Positions 48,373 through 60,975 of a stretch of DNA of 64,000 nucleotides are shown here, piece by piece (the first letter of the stretch is position 1; each line of letters starts with the position of its first letter). The DNA is from Lama guanicoe (taxonomy: Eukaryota), in contig MU057340.1 of assembly GCA_013239625.1 (NCBI GenBank), positions 7,210,931-7,274,930 on the forward strand, given 5' to 3'. The position numbers were made by a program, and so were the translations under genes. A model generated the notes under the pieces. It had not been told where the DNA came from. It searched no databases and was given only the letters and a program-made list of their open reading frames with translations.

Positions 48373-49959
48373 CCCACGTTGACCTGTCCCCATGAGCCTT
48401 CATGTTGTATCTCTTGCTAATCCCACCTGCCACAGATCATGATGTTCATGCACCTTCCACGTGGAGAGGTAAGAGGCATGGTCCCCCTGGCCCCCCGCAG
48501 CAGGTGACCTAGAGGCACCCAGCAAGACTCCACAAAGAAATGGGGACTCCAAGAGCTGCAAGAAAATAAAAGCCAGTGGCACAGCCGTGTTCCCTGACTG
48601 GTTAAAAAAAAAAATTATAATGAAAATTGTACTTGATTTCTGCTCCTCCCCTTTCTCAAAAAAAAAAAAGCATGCTAAACATAATAGCTGGACAGTAAAA
48701 CAAAACATGTTGAAAATGGTTCTGCTAAGAAGTTCAGACAGCTTCTGAGTCAGAGCCCGCACAGCACCATGAACCCTGCAGGCTTGCGGTGACTTGGGTT
48801 TTATTTGTTTGTCTGATGGTTTTTTTATAGAAAGGGGTAAGGGAGCAAGAGAGTCGTCTGCCCAAAGGAAAACACAACATTTTGAAAAATAAAATGTCAG
48901 AGCTTTTTGTGGAACAGAGAGATTTAGATTTATTGATAAAGACTGAAGTTTAAAACATTTCCAAACAGGAACATATTTGGTATTTGTTTTCAAATCTCAC
49001 GTTATTTGCAGTTACAACGGAAATGCTGATAGCACTCCCAAGCACTCAGAAACTGATTCTCACACATTTACTTACAGCTTCTGGTAGTTTTATGAGTTTC
49101 TGGTAAATACGATGTCTGTCTTTTCTCCAACTTCTACACATTTATTTGCCAGACTGAAATAAAGATAATCACAGGCTTCATTCTTTCTTTGTGACAGATG
49201 TATAAAACAGACATCACACAAACATAACGATGCAATCTATACATTCAGCAGGGTCTGTGTTCCTGCCATATGTTCTTGTATTGCCTGGTGTCGGGCATAA
49301 ATGGTTCTGATCACACTTACGTGGAATCTCAATATTGTTGCGGTGTCATCCTAGCATAGGAGCAACCTTGTAAGGTCATTCCCTTCCCATCCCATTTGGG
49401 ATACACTCCCATGCCCCCACATACGTCCTTGTTAAAAACCTAAAAAGAAAGACAACCTCCAACCTCTTCTAGTAAACCTTTTTTTTTTAAATCAATTTAT
49501 GGAGGAAGATTCTTATTTTTGGTACCTTGGAAACTGTTTCCAAGAATGCTGGCATTTAACCTTTCAGCTTCAGTCAAGGCTTTTGTAATGTAACTAGACA
49601 TACCCTAATTTGTCTTTGTGGGCATTTAGCCATCTGCATGTCAGATTTTATTTAAGGAGAGGCCACTTAGAGTTTGATATAACTCTCATGCCAAGAGTGC
49701 CCGGAAGCAGGTGGATAATTCCCTGACACCGGACTCAGAAGTTGTAAGTGCCAGCATCATAGCATCATCTTTCATTGTGACTGCCTTCCTGATGAGCGGA
49801 AGGTCATTTTGTGCCTCCGTGTCTCCCTGTCTGTCACTGTCACACATAAATGGGGAGGCCAATCTTTGATTTCCCCCTGGCAGATGTCTAAGCAAAGAGA
49901 GGTTAAAAGAGGCCAAAGCTAAGAAATGTCCCCAAATTAAGTCTTTCTGTGCATACCCT

Positions 49960-50298
49960 CTCTCCCTCCATCAGTGTATCTTCTTTGAGAATGCTCTTGG
50001 CCTCCTAGGAGGCCAGCTCCCAAGGTTTACTATCCTGCCTTCTTGAAACTGTTAAGTAAGGAAGCAGGGAAGCCAAACTCCTCTGCTCCCAGTGAGACAA
50101 CACTAAGGTGTAACTTACCTTTCCCTGGGAATCTTGCTGAAGACTCCAGCCTGAGACCACATGCCGCCTTAGCTTCCTCCCTTTCCTTGTCCTACTCCCC
50201 CACTCTCTCCCTCATCTCCCTGGGAAGCCTTCCTGAATAAAACGCTTGTACAGGAATTCCCATTTCTGGGTCTGTTTCTGGGGAACCCGACCTAAGAC
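49960..50298 (+). mobile_element. ERVL LTR16-like
   Basis: 'ctcctgggaagccttcctgaataaaacgcttgtaca-type 3' region...ggtctgtttctggggaacccgacctaagaca'. Confidence 0.75.
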
Positions 50299-50354
50299 AT
50301 AGCCAAATCCAGAAAAGCAATCATACTAACAAAACTCTCAGAAAGAGTTACATC

Positions 50355-51042
50355 TTCCTTAAAAAAACTAAAAATAGAGTTACCATATGATCCAGCAATC
50401 CCACTCCTGGGCATACATCTGGAGAAAATTCTCATTCAAAAGCATACATGCACCCCAATGTTCATAGCAGCACTATATACAATAGGCAAGACATGGAAGC
50501 AACCTAAATGTCCATCGACAGAGGACTGGATGAAGAAGTTGTGGTATATATCTGCAATGGAATACTACTCGGCCATAAAAAAGAATAAAATAATGCCATC
50601 TGCAGTGACATAGATGGACCTGGAAATCATCATTCTAAGTGAAGTAAGCCAGAAAGAGAAAGAAATATACCATGTGATATCACTTACATGTGGAATCTAA
50701 AAAAAATGACACAAATAACTTACTTATAAAACAGAAACAGACTCACAGACATGGAGAACAAACTTACTGTTACCAGGGGAGAAAGGGGAGAAAAGTGGGG
50801 AAGTGAGGGATAAAATGGGAGTCTGGGATTAGAGGATACAAACTACTATATATAAAATAGATAAACAGCAAGGTCCTATTGTATAGCACAAAGAACTATA
50901 TTCAATAGCTTATAATAAACTATAATGAAAAAGAATATAAAAAAGTATATATATACACATACATATATTTAACTGAATCACTTTGCTGTACACCAGAAAT
51001 TAACACAACATTGTAAACCAACTACACTTCAATAAAAAAAAA
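50355..51042 (+). mobile_element. 5'-truncated young L1 (ORF2 C-terminus plus 3'UTR)
   Basis: 'aaaaaactaaaaatagagttaccatatgatccagcaatcccactcctgggcat...aactgaatcactttgctgtacaccagaaattaacacaacattgtaa...caataaaaaaaa'. Confidence 0.95.
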
Positions 51043-51249
51043 GTGTTCTATCCAGTAGGTACCATCAAGAGTTTCCAAGTTAAGACAGAACTTTTGGCCT
51101 TTGAAGTTCAAAAGGAGCTGGTATGAGAAATCATTTAATATTTGTTGAATGTCCAGGGCTCTTCCAAAGACCTCTTGTACTGTGACCATCACTGCCAGTG
51201 ATGTCCAGATGGTTTAAAGGAGAGAAAAGCAATAATTTGATATGCCCTA

Positions 51250-51655
51250 TGGGTTTCAGTCAAGATAGGTGAGATTATGCTATAGTTACAAGCACAACCC
51301 ACTGTCACTGGCTAACGACAAAAAACGGTTTATGTCTCCCTGACACTCTGCAAAACCAACATGGGTTATCAAAGAACTCTGTTATTGAGGTCACTCAGGG
51401 ACCCAAGCTGAGAACAGTACCATCCTGGCCTTTACGTCCACGTTCAGCCCAGCAGGGGAAAGAGCACATGGTGAAGCACACCCTGGTCCTCAAAGCTTCT
51501 GCCTAGAAGCGACATGGATCACTTCTGCTCATATTTCATGGGCTAAGGCAAGTCACATGTCCACGACTAACAGGAAGTGACAGGAAAGTGAATTCTGCTG
51601 TGTGCCTGGAAGGGTAAGAACCAAAATATTTGTGACCAGCCCTCACGATTGATCA
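51250..51655 (-). mobile_element. Old MaLR LTR (MLT1J-like)
   Basis: 'gtcactcagggacccaagctga...aaagcttctgcctagaagcgacat...atcacttctgctcatatttcatgggctaaggcaagtcacatg'. Confidence 0.8.
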
Positions 51656-51834
51656 TGAGATCAATTTCTTAAATATCAACCAGCAGCACCTTGAGAAACA
51701 AGGCATGGACTGCTTCTAAAAAACAAGCCAGGCATGTGACAACTTTGAGCTGCTCAAGTTCCTAGGAGATTTATTCATTTGATAAACATCTGCTAATATC
51801 TTGTCTAGACAAGGTATTTGCTTAGGCTTGGAGG

Positions 51835-52030
51835 CAGTAGAACATCATGGCACTGGCCACATGCTCTGGAATTAACAAAGTATGTGTCCCAGCCCCAGAT
51901 CTGCCACTTTCTAGCTGCACAAGCTCAAACAAATTACCTTCCTGACTCAGTTTTGCTATCTGAAGAATGGAGACAATAACAGAAGATATCTTACAGAATT
52001 AACAAGGCAATTAGAAATTATAATGTATGC
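51835..52030 (+). mobile_element. MIR SINE
   Basis: 'gctctggaatt...tctgccactttctagctg...ctcagttttgctatctgaagaatggagacaataac'. Confidence 0.75.
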
Positions 52031-52064
52031 AAATAGCCAAGAAATGTTATTTTTTTTTATTGTT

Positions 52065-52188
52065 TAGCATTTCTTTCTTCTTCTTTTTAACTGAAGCACC
52101 ATCAGTTACAATGTGTCCATTTCTGGTGTACAGCACAATGTCCCAGTCATGCATATACATACATATACTCATTTTCGTATTTTTTTCA
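52065..52188 (-). mobile_element. Short young L1 3' end
   Basis: 'ttttaactgaagcaccatcagttacaatgtgtccatttctggtgtacagcacaatgtcccagtcatgcatatacat'; same variant as 60633-60975. Confidence 0.85.
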
Positions 52189-52289
52189 AGAAATATAAAC
52201 TCTTATCTTCATTATTATTCCAAAGATAAATGAAAAATGGTACCCAGCCTGGAGACGCTCGCTCCTAGTAATAGGATATGGCTTTCAAC

Positions 52290-52560
52290 TCATTTCAGCT
52301 CTGTTTGAAAGATACTAGTGAGGACCTACTATGTGAGGGGCACTGGACTGGACACTGTGGCATAAGAATGAATCAGGTCCTGTCCCTGCCCTTTAAAAGT
52401 GTGGTGGGTGGGATTTGGTGGGTGAGACAGAAACAGAAACAGATCATTTCAGTGTTCTTTGAATGACAAGATAGAATGCAAAAGAGGAACATTAAGCCTA
52501 AGCAAGAATAAACAGGCAGCTTTTTGAAGGAGACCTTTTCCTGGGGTGCATTTTAAATGT
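52290..52560 (-). mobile_element. L2 fragment
   Basis: 'gaggacctactatgtgaggggcactggactggacactg...atgaatcaggtcctgtccctgccct'. Confidence 0.7.
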
Positions 52561-53994
52561 GCAAAATCAGTTATGCTTTAACTCAAGCTTAGCAAAGAAA
52601 GCTTCCAAGCCCCAGGTCTCCCAGAATGCTTCCCTCCTGCTGTTGGTGTTTGGCAGGGGTAGCTGACGGCAAGAGCGACTCCCAGCCACCCTGCTCTCAT
52701 CCTCGATTCAGACTCTCAGATGCCCTGTTCCACGGGACTGCCAGTCAAAATCTGAGAAGGATATGCCAAGGGCAAACATCCACTGAAGGGGGCCCTAGTC
52801 TACCCTAATGAAATCCTGGATTCTCCCCACAAAGTGAATTGTCATTAACAGATGAAACATCTCAAAACAGCCACAGCCTTCACGTCACCGGAGTTCTGTG
52901 AGCAATTCTGCACAGATCTATGACCCTGTTTTAGCCATGCTGGGGGAGACTTTTTTTTAATTTATTTTCCGTGATTCATCTGCTCTGGGGAACACGAAAC
53001 CTCTGACTACATTAAAATGAATATTGGCCACTTTCAGTTCCGTGGATGGCTTATCTCTTAACCCAGAAAGACTAACTTAAGTTTTCCCAATGACAACAGT
53101 CAGGCAGAATGAGATTAAGATCAACAGAAGAGACACCTCCGAGAGAAATGAGGCATACTTTTCCATATTTAAAAGAGAAGACACATATGTTATAAACGTA
53201 AAGCCAGAGGGCCCTGTTTATATTTGCAATCCACTTGAAAAAGATGGTTTCTGTGGCAGCAGGAAATGTCAGGGTTTTTTCAAAGGAGCTACTGAATTTA
53301 CAAAGATTCACTCACTGTGTTAGAAGTCTCTCTTCTTCTTTGATAATACGCCAGCTTTGATGAATTTGGGGTGATTTATGCCACAAAGCTTGCTCTACCA
53401 TTTCAAGAAGACACGTGGAAGGGGTTTGCACTTTCTTCTCAACAAGTAGGTTCCTTACCAGGGCATCTGCCTGAGGTGTGTAGACATCCATATGGAAAGG
53501 AAGGGACAGGATTAATTAATTCCATTAGACAGGAAACAGTCGGCATTCGTGAGCAATCTGCCATTGATGTTATGAAAGGATGTAGTTTAAGAATTTCTAC
53601 TCAAGAGACCTGCTGATATGCTGATAAAATGAACACCTGCATAATTGATCATTATTCTTGTAATCAAAAGAGGAAAGAAACATTTACTCTATCTTTTCAT
53701 TGTTTGTGATTGTAGCTAGTGGACTTGGCATCCATCAGAGGCTAGAAATGCTAACTTATTACCTTCAAATGTGTACTGTTTCAGCAAGCAGGTGGTTATA
53801 GTCACTTAGGGTCCATTAGCTGAGAAACAGCATCCTAGGAGGATGAGATCTTGGGTGGAGCAGTCTCCACTGGAAGGGAAAGGCAGTTTTGAGGAGGTGG
53901 GAGAGGATGCAGACAGGGGAGAAAGAAAAGAGCATTCTCAGGAAAATAAACTACAGTGAGTGGCCAAAAAATGGAGAGGAGACAAATCTAAGCA

Positions 53995-54600
53995 ATTGCC
54001 AGATCTCTCTCCCAACCCAGACTTAAATGTCAAACTGCCTGCCAGAATTCTCCATTGAGATGTCCTTCCAGCAACTCAGGCTCACGGCCAAACAGAGCTT
54101 TTCAGCCGTCAGGCAGCACCGGCTGCTTCCCTATGCGTGCAGCTCAATGAAGGCACCACCATCCAGGAGGCCAACAGAGCTGGAAACTGGGTGGTCGTCC
54201 CAGACCCCGCCCTGTGCCCTCTCCCGCTCCTCACTGGTTCTAACGCTCTGCACTGCCCAGTGGGCACAGCCTGCAGTCCCACATCCTGCTTAGAAGAGGC
54301 CTCCCAGTGCTCCTGACCACAGTCTTCCCCTCCCATCCATGTCCGGACTGGTGCCAGGGTGCCCTTACTACATGCAAATGCAAACGCCTTTGAGGTTCCG
54401 CTCTTACTTCCCCAGTGGAGCCCGTGGCTTTTGGAATAGTTTAAAATCTTGACGTTAGTAATCAAGGCTTGTCACAGTCCAGTCCCTGGCTGGCTCTCCA
54501 TCCTCCCTTCTCAGCAACTACCTCTGTCCCTCTCTCTACAAGCACCATTTCCTCTGCACAGTGACTGCTCCACATCACCCTGAACACGCTCTTCTGTTTC
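53995..54600 (+). mobile_element. L2 fragment
   Basis: 'atctctctcccaacccagact...caaactgcctgccagaattctccattgagatgtc...cttcccagtggagcccgtggc'. Confidence 0.7.
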
Positions 54601-55349
54601 ACAGTGGCTGCCTTCGGACAAGCAACCCGACGGCCAGTGACTGAGCAGGTTGTGCTCCGCTGCTGGGGGCCGGGTGAGCTGCCCCAGCATCAAGCATGCT
54701 TACCTGACACCCACTGAGACAGCTCAGAAGTGGAGTCATTGGGCCTCTGAGACCACAAACTCTGAACGAGAGCCATACGCATACGGTTTCGTTCAGCTCC
54801 TGCTCCTCTGTGTTTTACTCTGTCGTGGCGAATTGCGTGGAACCAGGGGCCATCAATCATTCTGCGGACAGAGCAGCCGCGTGGCTACCAGTTAGCGTGC
54901 ATGTGCCCGGTTCCAGTCTCACTTCAGCCTCACGACGACTCCGTGGGTTATTATTCCCATTCCTTGGATGAGAAAAATACTCTGAAATACGGAAAGGAAG
55001 CAATATTGGTCCCTTTTCCCTAGGAGCAGCTCATCGTGTCCTGAGGAGAGAACTCCAGCTCCAGACCAAGCCTCTCTGCTTGCCTTTTCCTCCCTCAAAT
55101 TTAAAAATTACAAAGAACTGGCCTCAGGCACGATCCAGCCTTGTCCAGGGCAAAACAATCAGCGTTTGGTGAGAGCTACAGGAAGAGAGCACTACCTTAG
55201 ATTTCCTATTCTAACCAGGGCACCTGCACCAACAAAGAAAGGAAAAGTCTTTCCTCTTTAAGAGAGAAATTTCATTATACAAACATGCGCATGAATGCGC
55301 GCATGCGCACACGGGTGCGCGGGCACACGATGCCTCTTTGCAGACTTAC

Positions 55350-55720
55350 CTGCACAGAAACATGTTGAAAACAACCCAGATGTGTATTAATAGAAGACTC
55401 ACTAAATCAGCTGTTAAAAAAAGAATGAGCTATATATTGATAGAGAAACAAATTCAATAGCAAGGAGGACAAAAGCAAGTTGCAGAAGAAAAATGGTACC
55501 TTTGAGTCAAATGAGAGAGAAATATAAGAATGTATGTTGATGTTTGTTTGAATACGCATAAAGAAACTAACAACAGTGGACACCTGGCAGAGACTGGGTT
55601 GAGAACTGGGTGTTTGAGGGACAGAAGTAAGAGGGAACTTCCTTTTTATATCTTTTAAAATACTTCACCTTAAACTACATGCCTTATAAATGTATTATCC
55701 ATTCAAAAATTAAATGAAAA
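55350..55720 (+). mobile_element. Old L1ME-type 3' fragment
   Basis: 'gaaaacaacccagatgt...cagctgttaaaaaaagaatgag...aaaagcaagttgcagaa...aaactaacaacagtggacacct'. Confidence 0.65.
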
Positions 55721-55774
55721 AGAAAGATCTTTCCCACTAGTACACCCTTTTACAGTTTGAAGAGCTATTTCATA

Positions 55775-55900
55775 TGCGTCACCTCACTGAATTCTCACAA
55801 TTCTGTGAGATGTTACTATTCCCACTTTACAGATAAGGAAACCAGTCTTAGATTTTATAAGGACTTACTTAGTCATTAAGTAACCTGGAATGGGGTCAAT
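55775..55900 (-). mobile_element. MIR SINE
   Basis: 'ctcacaattctgtgagatgttactattcccactttacagataaggaaac'. Confidence 0.75.
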
Positions 55901-57209
55901 ATTAAAGCCGTAAAGACAGGGCCACAGCTGGCCGCGATGGTGGACCTTCCCATCGGGCCCTCTGCTTGGCAGCATCCAGCAAGGACCTGGCAGCCTAAGC
56001 CCGGGGGATCCCACAGTGTTTCGTTTTGTGAGAGAGTTTACCATTCTCCTCCTCCCACACTGCTACCTGCGAAGGATGCCAGAGAAATCTAACCTTGAAT
56101 TTAAAGAGTTACCTTTTGCACTGCAGCGTAAACACCTCAGAGAAGCTCGACACACTTGTATTGGGTACCGTGCTGTGGTTTCAAGTGTGGGAAACCAACT
56201 CTGGTAGCTCACTCTGGGTAACTTACGTGAAACCAGTTTAATCATTGGTAGGGTGCAACCAAGAAAGTGTTTGTTCCTTTCCCTGCTGCCTACAGACATC
56301 CTTCATCAGGGCTTCTGGCCTCATCCCTGGCCACCACCTGAGCAGATCAGATCCTGTAACTTTCCTGTCTTTGTCAAGCACTGATGAACAGTGTTTTCTT
56401 CAGGCATACACAGTGCAGTCAATTCTCTAGCGTCAAGGAAGAGGGTCTCCCATCCCTATTTGAGCTTCTGTGCACCCACACTCAGGGCAGGCCCACAGAT
56501 CTATAGGCAGCTGTAGGGTGTGGTGAGGAGGGTGTGCTCTGTTCTCCCACCTTCCTCCCACCTTCCTCCGCCCTCTTCCTGTCCACACTGCTCTGCTTCT
56601 AGTTCTCCAGGTCAACACAGCAAGGAAAGACAAGTAAAAGAGCAGAGGTCCGTGTGGCAGATATCCAAATGTGCCTCTCTTGCTGGGGGGGAGCTTTTGA
56701 GGGTGCCCTGATGACCCTCCCGCAGGTACCTCCATGCAGCTCAGTCCCATGATTCCTGTTAGCCCTACCAGACTCCCCACAATGCTTGATCTTGTTGTGT
56801 CTCCTGATCCAAGCAGACAGCCGTCTGGGATGGAGGAACTCCAGGAAGGCTCTGACCCAGCTACTTGCCACAAGGACCAATGGCCTCCTGAAACCATGAT
56901 GTGTCCCCCCCAGGGAGCCCTCTCCTTACCCTGCTGCCAGCCCAGCTCCATCCAGTCTCTGTCTCTGTCACTTCCACTCCAAATCCTAACGGGCACCTCA
57001 GGCTCTCCTGGGGACTCTTTCATACCCTCCCTTTGGGAGGGACAAGGGGCGGGCTTATGACATCCTATACTCTGGCTGTATCTAAAGGAGTTTTCTTGAC
57101 TTCTCCCGTGATGCAGCAGGCAAGAGGAGTGGTTAGGAAGTCTCATAATCACAAACACTCAGGATCCACAAATCCTTTCCTCCCACAAACTATATATATT
57201 TCTGTTTTT

Positions 57210-57930
57210 AAAAATCGGGCAGTTAGAACATCATTTGGTAACCATAGGTGTCACCACCCTGCAAGCCCCAATGAATTGATTAGTCTGGGCATTGAGCAAC
57301 AACAGTGCTGACATCTCACACACACACACACACACACACATACACACACACACACACAGAGAGCAAAACACAGACATCATGTGGCTCTTGGTGACAAAAC
57401 ACACCACCACCTATAGCCTTGCCAAAGGAATTGAAGCTGAATCCAACCAAGCCTCTGGGTCCAGCTGCCAGTTTGCAGGAAACCAGGGAACAGAAGAACA
57501 TGTCGAAGTATGCTTTGAAAATGCAATCGGCAAAATCCAGACTATGGGAAACTCTGCAGGTCAAGTAGTCCAACAGATAAAGTGTAAGAATAAAAGAGAT
57601 GGAGAAGAAACCTCTAAATTTAAAGAGATGTAAAGACCTACCAATTTTTCTTATTGGCCAAGACTAAACTACAGTGTCTGCAGATGCACACTTAGGTGAT
57701 AAAACAATTAAAAAAAAAAAAAAGCAAAAACCTGATTACTCTAAAGTTAGGCTCCATTTAGAGGAAGAAGCCTGCACTGGGATGGGACCATATGGAGGAC
57801 TTCTTGATTATCTGACAGAATTCTACTTCTTGATCTGGGTCGTGGTTAAAGGGGTGTTTGCCTTGTAATAATTCACTAAGCTTTAAGTTTTGTTTGCTGG
57901 ATCTATGTCTTATTTTATAACAAAAAAAGT
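57210..57930 (+). mobile_element. Old L1ME-type 3'UTR with (CA)n at about 57317-57358
   Basis: 'cagacatcatgtggctc...caccaccacctat...atgcaatcggcaaaatccagactatgggaaactctgcagg...gatgcacacttaggtgataaaac'. Confidence 0.75.
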
Positions 57931-57995
57931 GTGCAAAGAAAGAAGACTAGAAAGAGCATATAGGAAAGAAATCTGAAAACAATTTCTGTCCCTTT

Positions 57996-58500
57996 TGTGG
58001 TCGGCAGAATAATGCTACCTCAGAGATGTCCACATTTTGCACCCAGAACCTGTGAATACGCCACCTAACATGGCAAAATAGACTATGCACATGTAATTAC
58101 AGATCTTGTCATGGAGAGACTGTCTTTGATTATCCAGGTGGACTTAATATAATCACGGGGTCATCATTCACTTAGAAGTGAAAATGGAAGATAGTAAATC
58201 CACAATCAGATGTGATGTGAAGATGAAAGCAGAGGTTGGAATGATGCAGTTGATGGCTTTGAAAATGGAAACAGTCACGAACCAAGGAATGTGGGCAACA
58301 CATAGAGGCTGGAAAAAGCAAAGAAACAGATTCTTATTAGGGCCTTGAGAAGGAACACAGCTCTGCTGACACTTTGATTTTGGCCAAGTGGGACCCACTG
58401 GACTTCAGGAGACCTTCAAGACTGTAAGGTGATAAATGTGCGATGTCTCAAGCTACTAAATGTGTGATAATTGGGCACAGCAGCAAAAGGAAAGCAGTAC
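57996..58500 (+). mobile_element. MaLR LTR, MLT1C/D-like
   Basis: 'tgtggtcggcagaataatg...cccagaacctgtgaatacg...gattatccaggtggac...aaggaacacagctctgctgacactttgattt...cagcagcaaaaggaaagcagtac'. Confidence 0.9.
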
Positions 58501-58684
58501 TGTCTTTCTTCCCAAGGCAGGAGGTCGGTAGAAGGGCTCGAGTTCATGAAACTAGTGTGGCTTTGTGGAGTGTGTGTGTAAATATTGTTTCTCAGCATTG
58601 TCTTCAGCCAACACTCTCAGATAACAGGAAAAGTCTCCTTGAAATCTGTTTTATTAGGCAGAAAGAAAAAAAAATTCTTAGAAA

Positions 58685-59280
58685 TGTTGGGGTGGGGGAG
58701 GCACAACCTAATAGCTGTGAGCTATGTTTTATTCAGTGGACTTACTGAGAACTATAGCCCAGGAGATAGCTACTCAGATAGATCTGTTCCAAACAGGTAA
58801 GGAACTCTACCAAAGAGGTAAGGGAAGAGCCAGGATACACAGGAGTTTTGCGGGGGGAAAAAATGTGGTTGAACATCAAAAGACTACTGCTAATCATAAA
58901 AAATAAATAAAGTAAATTAAATTAAATTAAATTAAAAAACCAAACACCTCAAGGTAATTATTTTAGTGCTTTTCTATATGAGAAGATGCAAGAGTCTGGG
59001 CTCATTCAAATTATTCCTTTGATACGCATCTTAACTATCCAGGGCCAGAATCCTGTTTCTCTCCATCCTGAATTCCCCTTCAGGGGCACCATCAAGGTGG
59101 CTACAGTGGCTGCTGGCTTGATGGTGGGCAACATTTATTTCTTGGAATGGCAGGCAGCATTCCCTCTCCACAGCACCTCCTTTTGGTCATAAATTCAACC
59201 ATGGTTTCGGAAGCATTTCATGACCAATTTGTCCCATGTCCCTGGGAAGTCTCATTCCTAAATCACGCAAGGATTCTGCT
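58685..59280 (-). mobile_element. MER4-group-like ERV1 3' LTR (58685-59172) with polypurine tract and about 100 bp of probable internal sequence
   Basis: Minus strand aaaaggaggtgc|TGtggagaggg...gaataaaac...aacA; body 'gaagatgcaagagtctgggctcatt...ttcctttgatacgcatc'. Confidence 0.75.
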
Positions 59281-60325
59281 GCTAGCAGAACAAGGGTGGA
59301 GACCAGCTCCCTCTGCTGGGAATGGGGTGCATGGCAGGCAAAGGTGGTAGAGCAGTCCAGCCAAGGCATTTCCCAGGAGAGGAGAGCAGGGTGGACTATG
59401 GAAGTGAGGGGGATGGAAACCTCAGAAGGGAGACAGTGAAGTTCCCCAACCTCTCCTGCTCGCTCCCGGCTAGTGTAGGCAGGACTCACTTCTATAATTC
59501 ACCTTTGCAACAATTCAACCCAAGGATGTAGATTTCTGACCAGAGTTGGGGGTGGGAGGAAGCAACCTTCTTAATGTAGTAATTATACTAATACAATAAA
59601 AATATTTATGGTTGCTTCTCTCTCCTAGGTAGGGCCATTAGCTTTTCACTGTCTCTTACAAGTTGCCACTCCTAGTCCTTCGCAGCACCACCTAGAAAAA
59701 CTGAATGATGTATTTTAATATTTTTCTAGGCACAGTTTGACCTTTAAATCGCATTATTTAAATATTAATGACGTAGCAGGAAAGCAGCCTACTGACAAGT
59801 ATTATACAAGTCAGACAAAATAGGACACTAAATCTGCGAGCGCCTTTGAAACACCCATTAGAGATAATGAGATCTAGGCTTGGATTTCCACACAGTGTCC
59901 AGTACTGGTTGGCTCCACATTCAGCCAGAATAAATTAACTGAACACTGGGTTTGAAGGGAAAGAAATCGTCCTTCTTCCCTCAAAATGCCGTTTAATAAC
60001 TTGTGCAGCTCCACGGGAGGATAATGGGAAAGAAGCTATTTGTTTCTCAGACCTGAAATGAATGCCGCATTCTTCCAAGAGCTGAGTTCCACACTGCTGG
60101 ACGAGAACTGCTGCCTTGTGTTGCAAAACATTTCAAATAGACTCTCCCCTCTGTCCACATCTTCCTCCTGGTTGGCTTGACAGCACCAGGCACTCCCAAG
60201 TCACATTATAGGGTTTGGGAGATCTTTTAGTAGGAAATTGAGGCATCACAGGGTGTAAGGACTTACCCTTCTAAAGTACCCAATAAACCAAGGGCATCTC
60301 AGTTCCCCTCTCTTTTACCCCAGGC

Positions 60326-60542
60326 CAGCATTTCCTCAACCTCAGCACAATCATCATTTGGAGCTTGATAATTCGGTGCTGTGAGGGGCTGTCCTGTGCA
60401 CTGTAGGATATTTACCAGCAATCTTGGCCTCTTTCCACTAGAATCCAGTGGCACTCCCCAGCTGTAGTTCCCACAACTGTTTCCCAAAGTTGCCAAATGT
60501 CCCCAGCAGAGGGGCAAAATTGGTCCCAGTTGAGAACCACTG
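60326..60542 (-). mobile_element. MER20 (hAT-Charlie), full length
   Basis: 'cagcatttcctcaacctcagcac...ggggctgtcctgtgcactgtaggat...gccaaatgtcccc...ggggcaaaat...gttgagaaccactg'. Confidence 0.92.
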
Positions 60543-60632
60543 GCCTCGGCAAATATATTAGATATATACCTCAGTGTCTTTTTTTTTTCTTGGAAAATAT
60601 TTTTATTTTGAGTAAGACGTCTTCACTGAAAT

Positions 60633-60975
60633 TTCTTTCTTTTTTTTTCAATTGAAGTACAGTCAGTTACAATGTGTCAATTTCTGCTGCACAGCACAGT
60701 GTCCCAGTCATGCATATACATACAGATATTCATTTTCATATTCTTTTTCATTAAAGTTATTACAAGATATTGAATCTAGTTCCCTGTACTATACAGAAGA
60801 AATTTGGGGCTTTTTGTTGTTGTTTTTAAATCCATTTTTATATATGGTGGCCAACATTTGCAAATCTCAAACTTCCAAATTTATCCCCTCCCACCCCCTT
60901 TCCCCTGGTGACCATGAGATTGTTTACTGTGTCTGTGAATCTGTTTCTGTTTCATAGATGAGTTCATTAGTGTCT
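60633..60975 (-). mobile_element. Young L1 3' end
   Basis: 'ttttcaattgaagtacagtcagttacaatgtgtc...tacaagatattgaat...gttccctgtactatacag...tgtctgtgaatctgtttctg'. Confidence 0.9.

Noticed and set aside
56433-57158. 241-aa ORF (longest in the window)
   Set aside because: Non-ATG start, G/S/W/P-rich composition typical of GC-rich non-coding DNA or a decayed LTR, no domain recognised.
59550-59620. gaagcaacc / ggttgcttc inverted repeat
   Set aside because: Only 9 bp with a long unpaired spacer; expected by chance.
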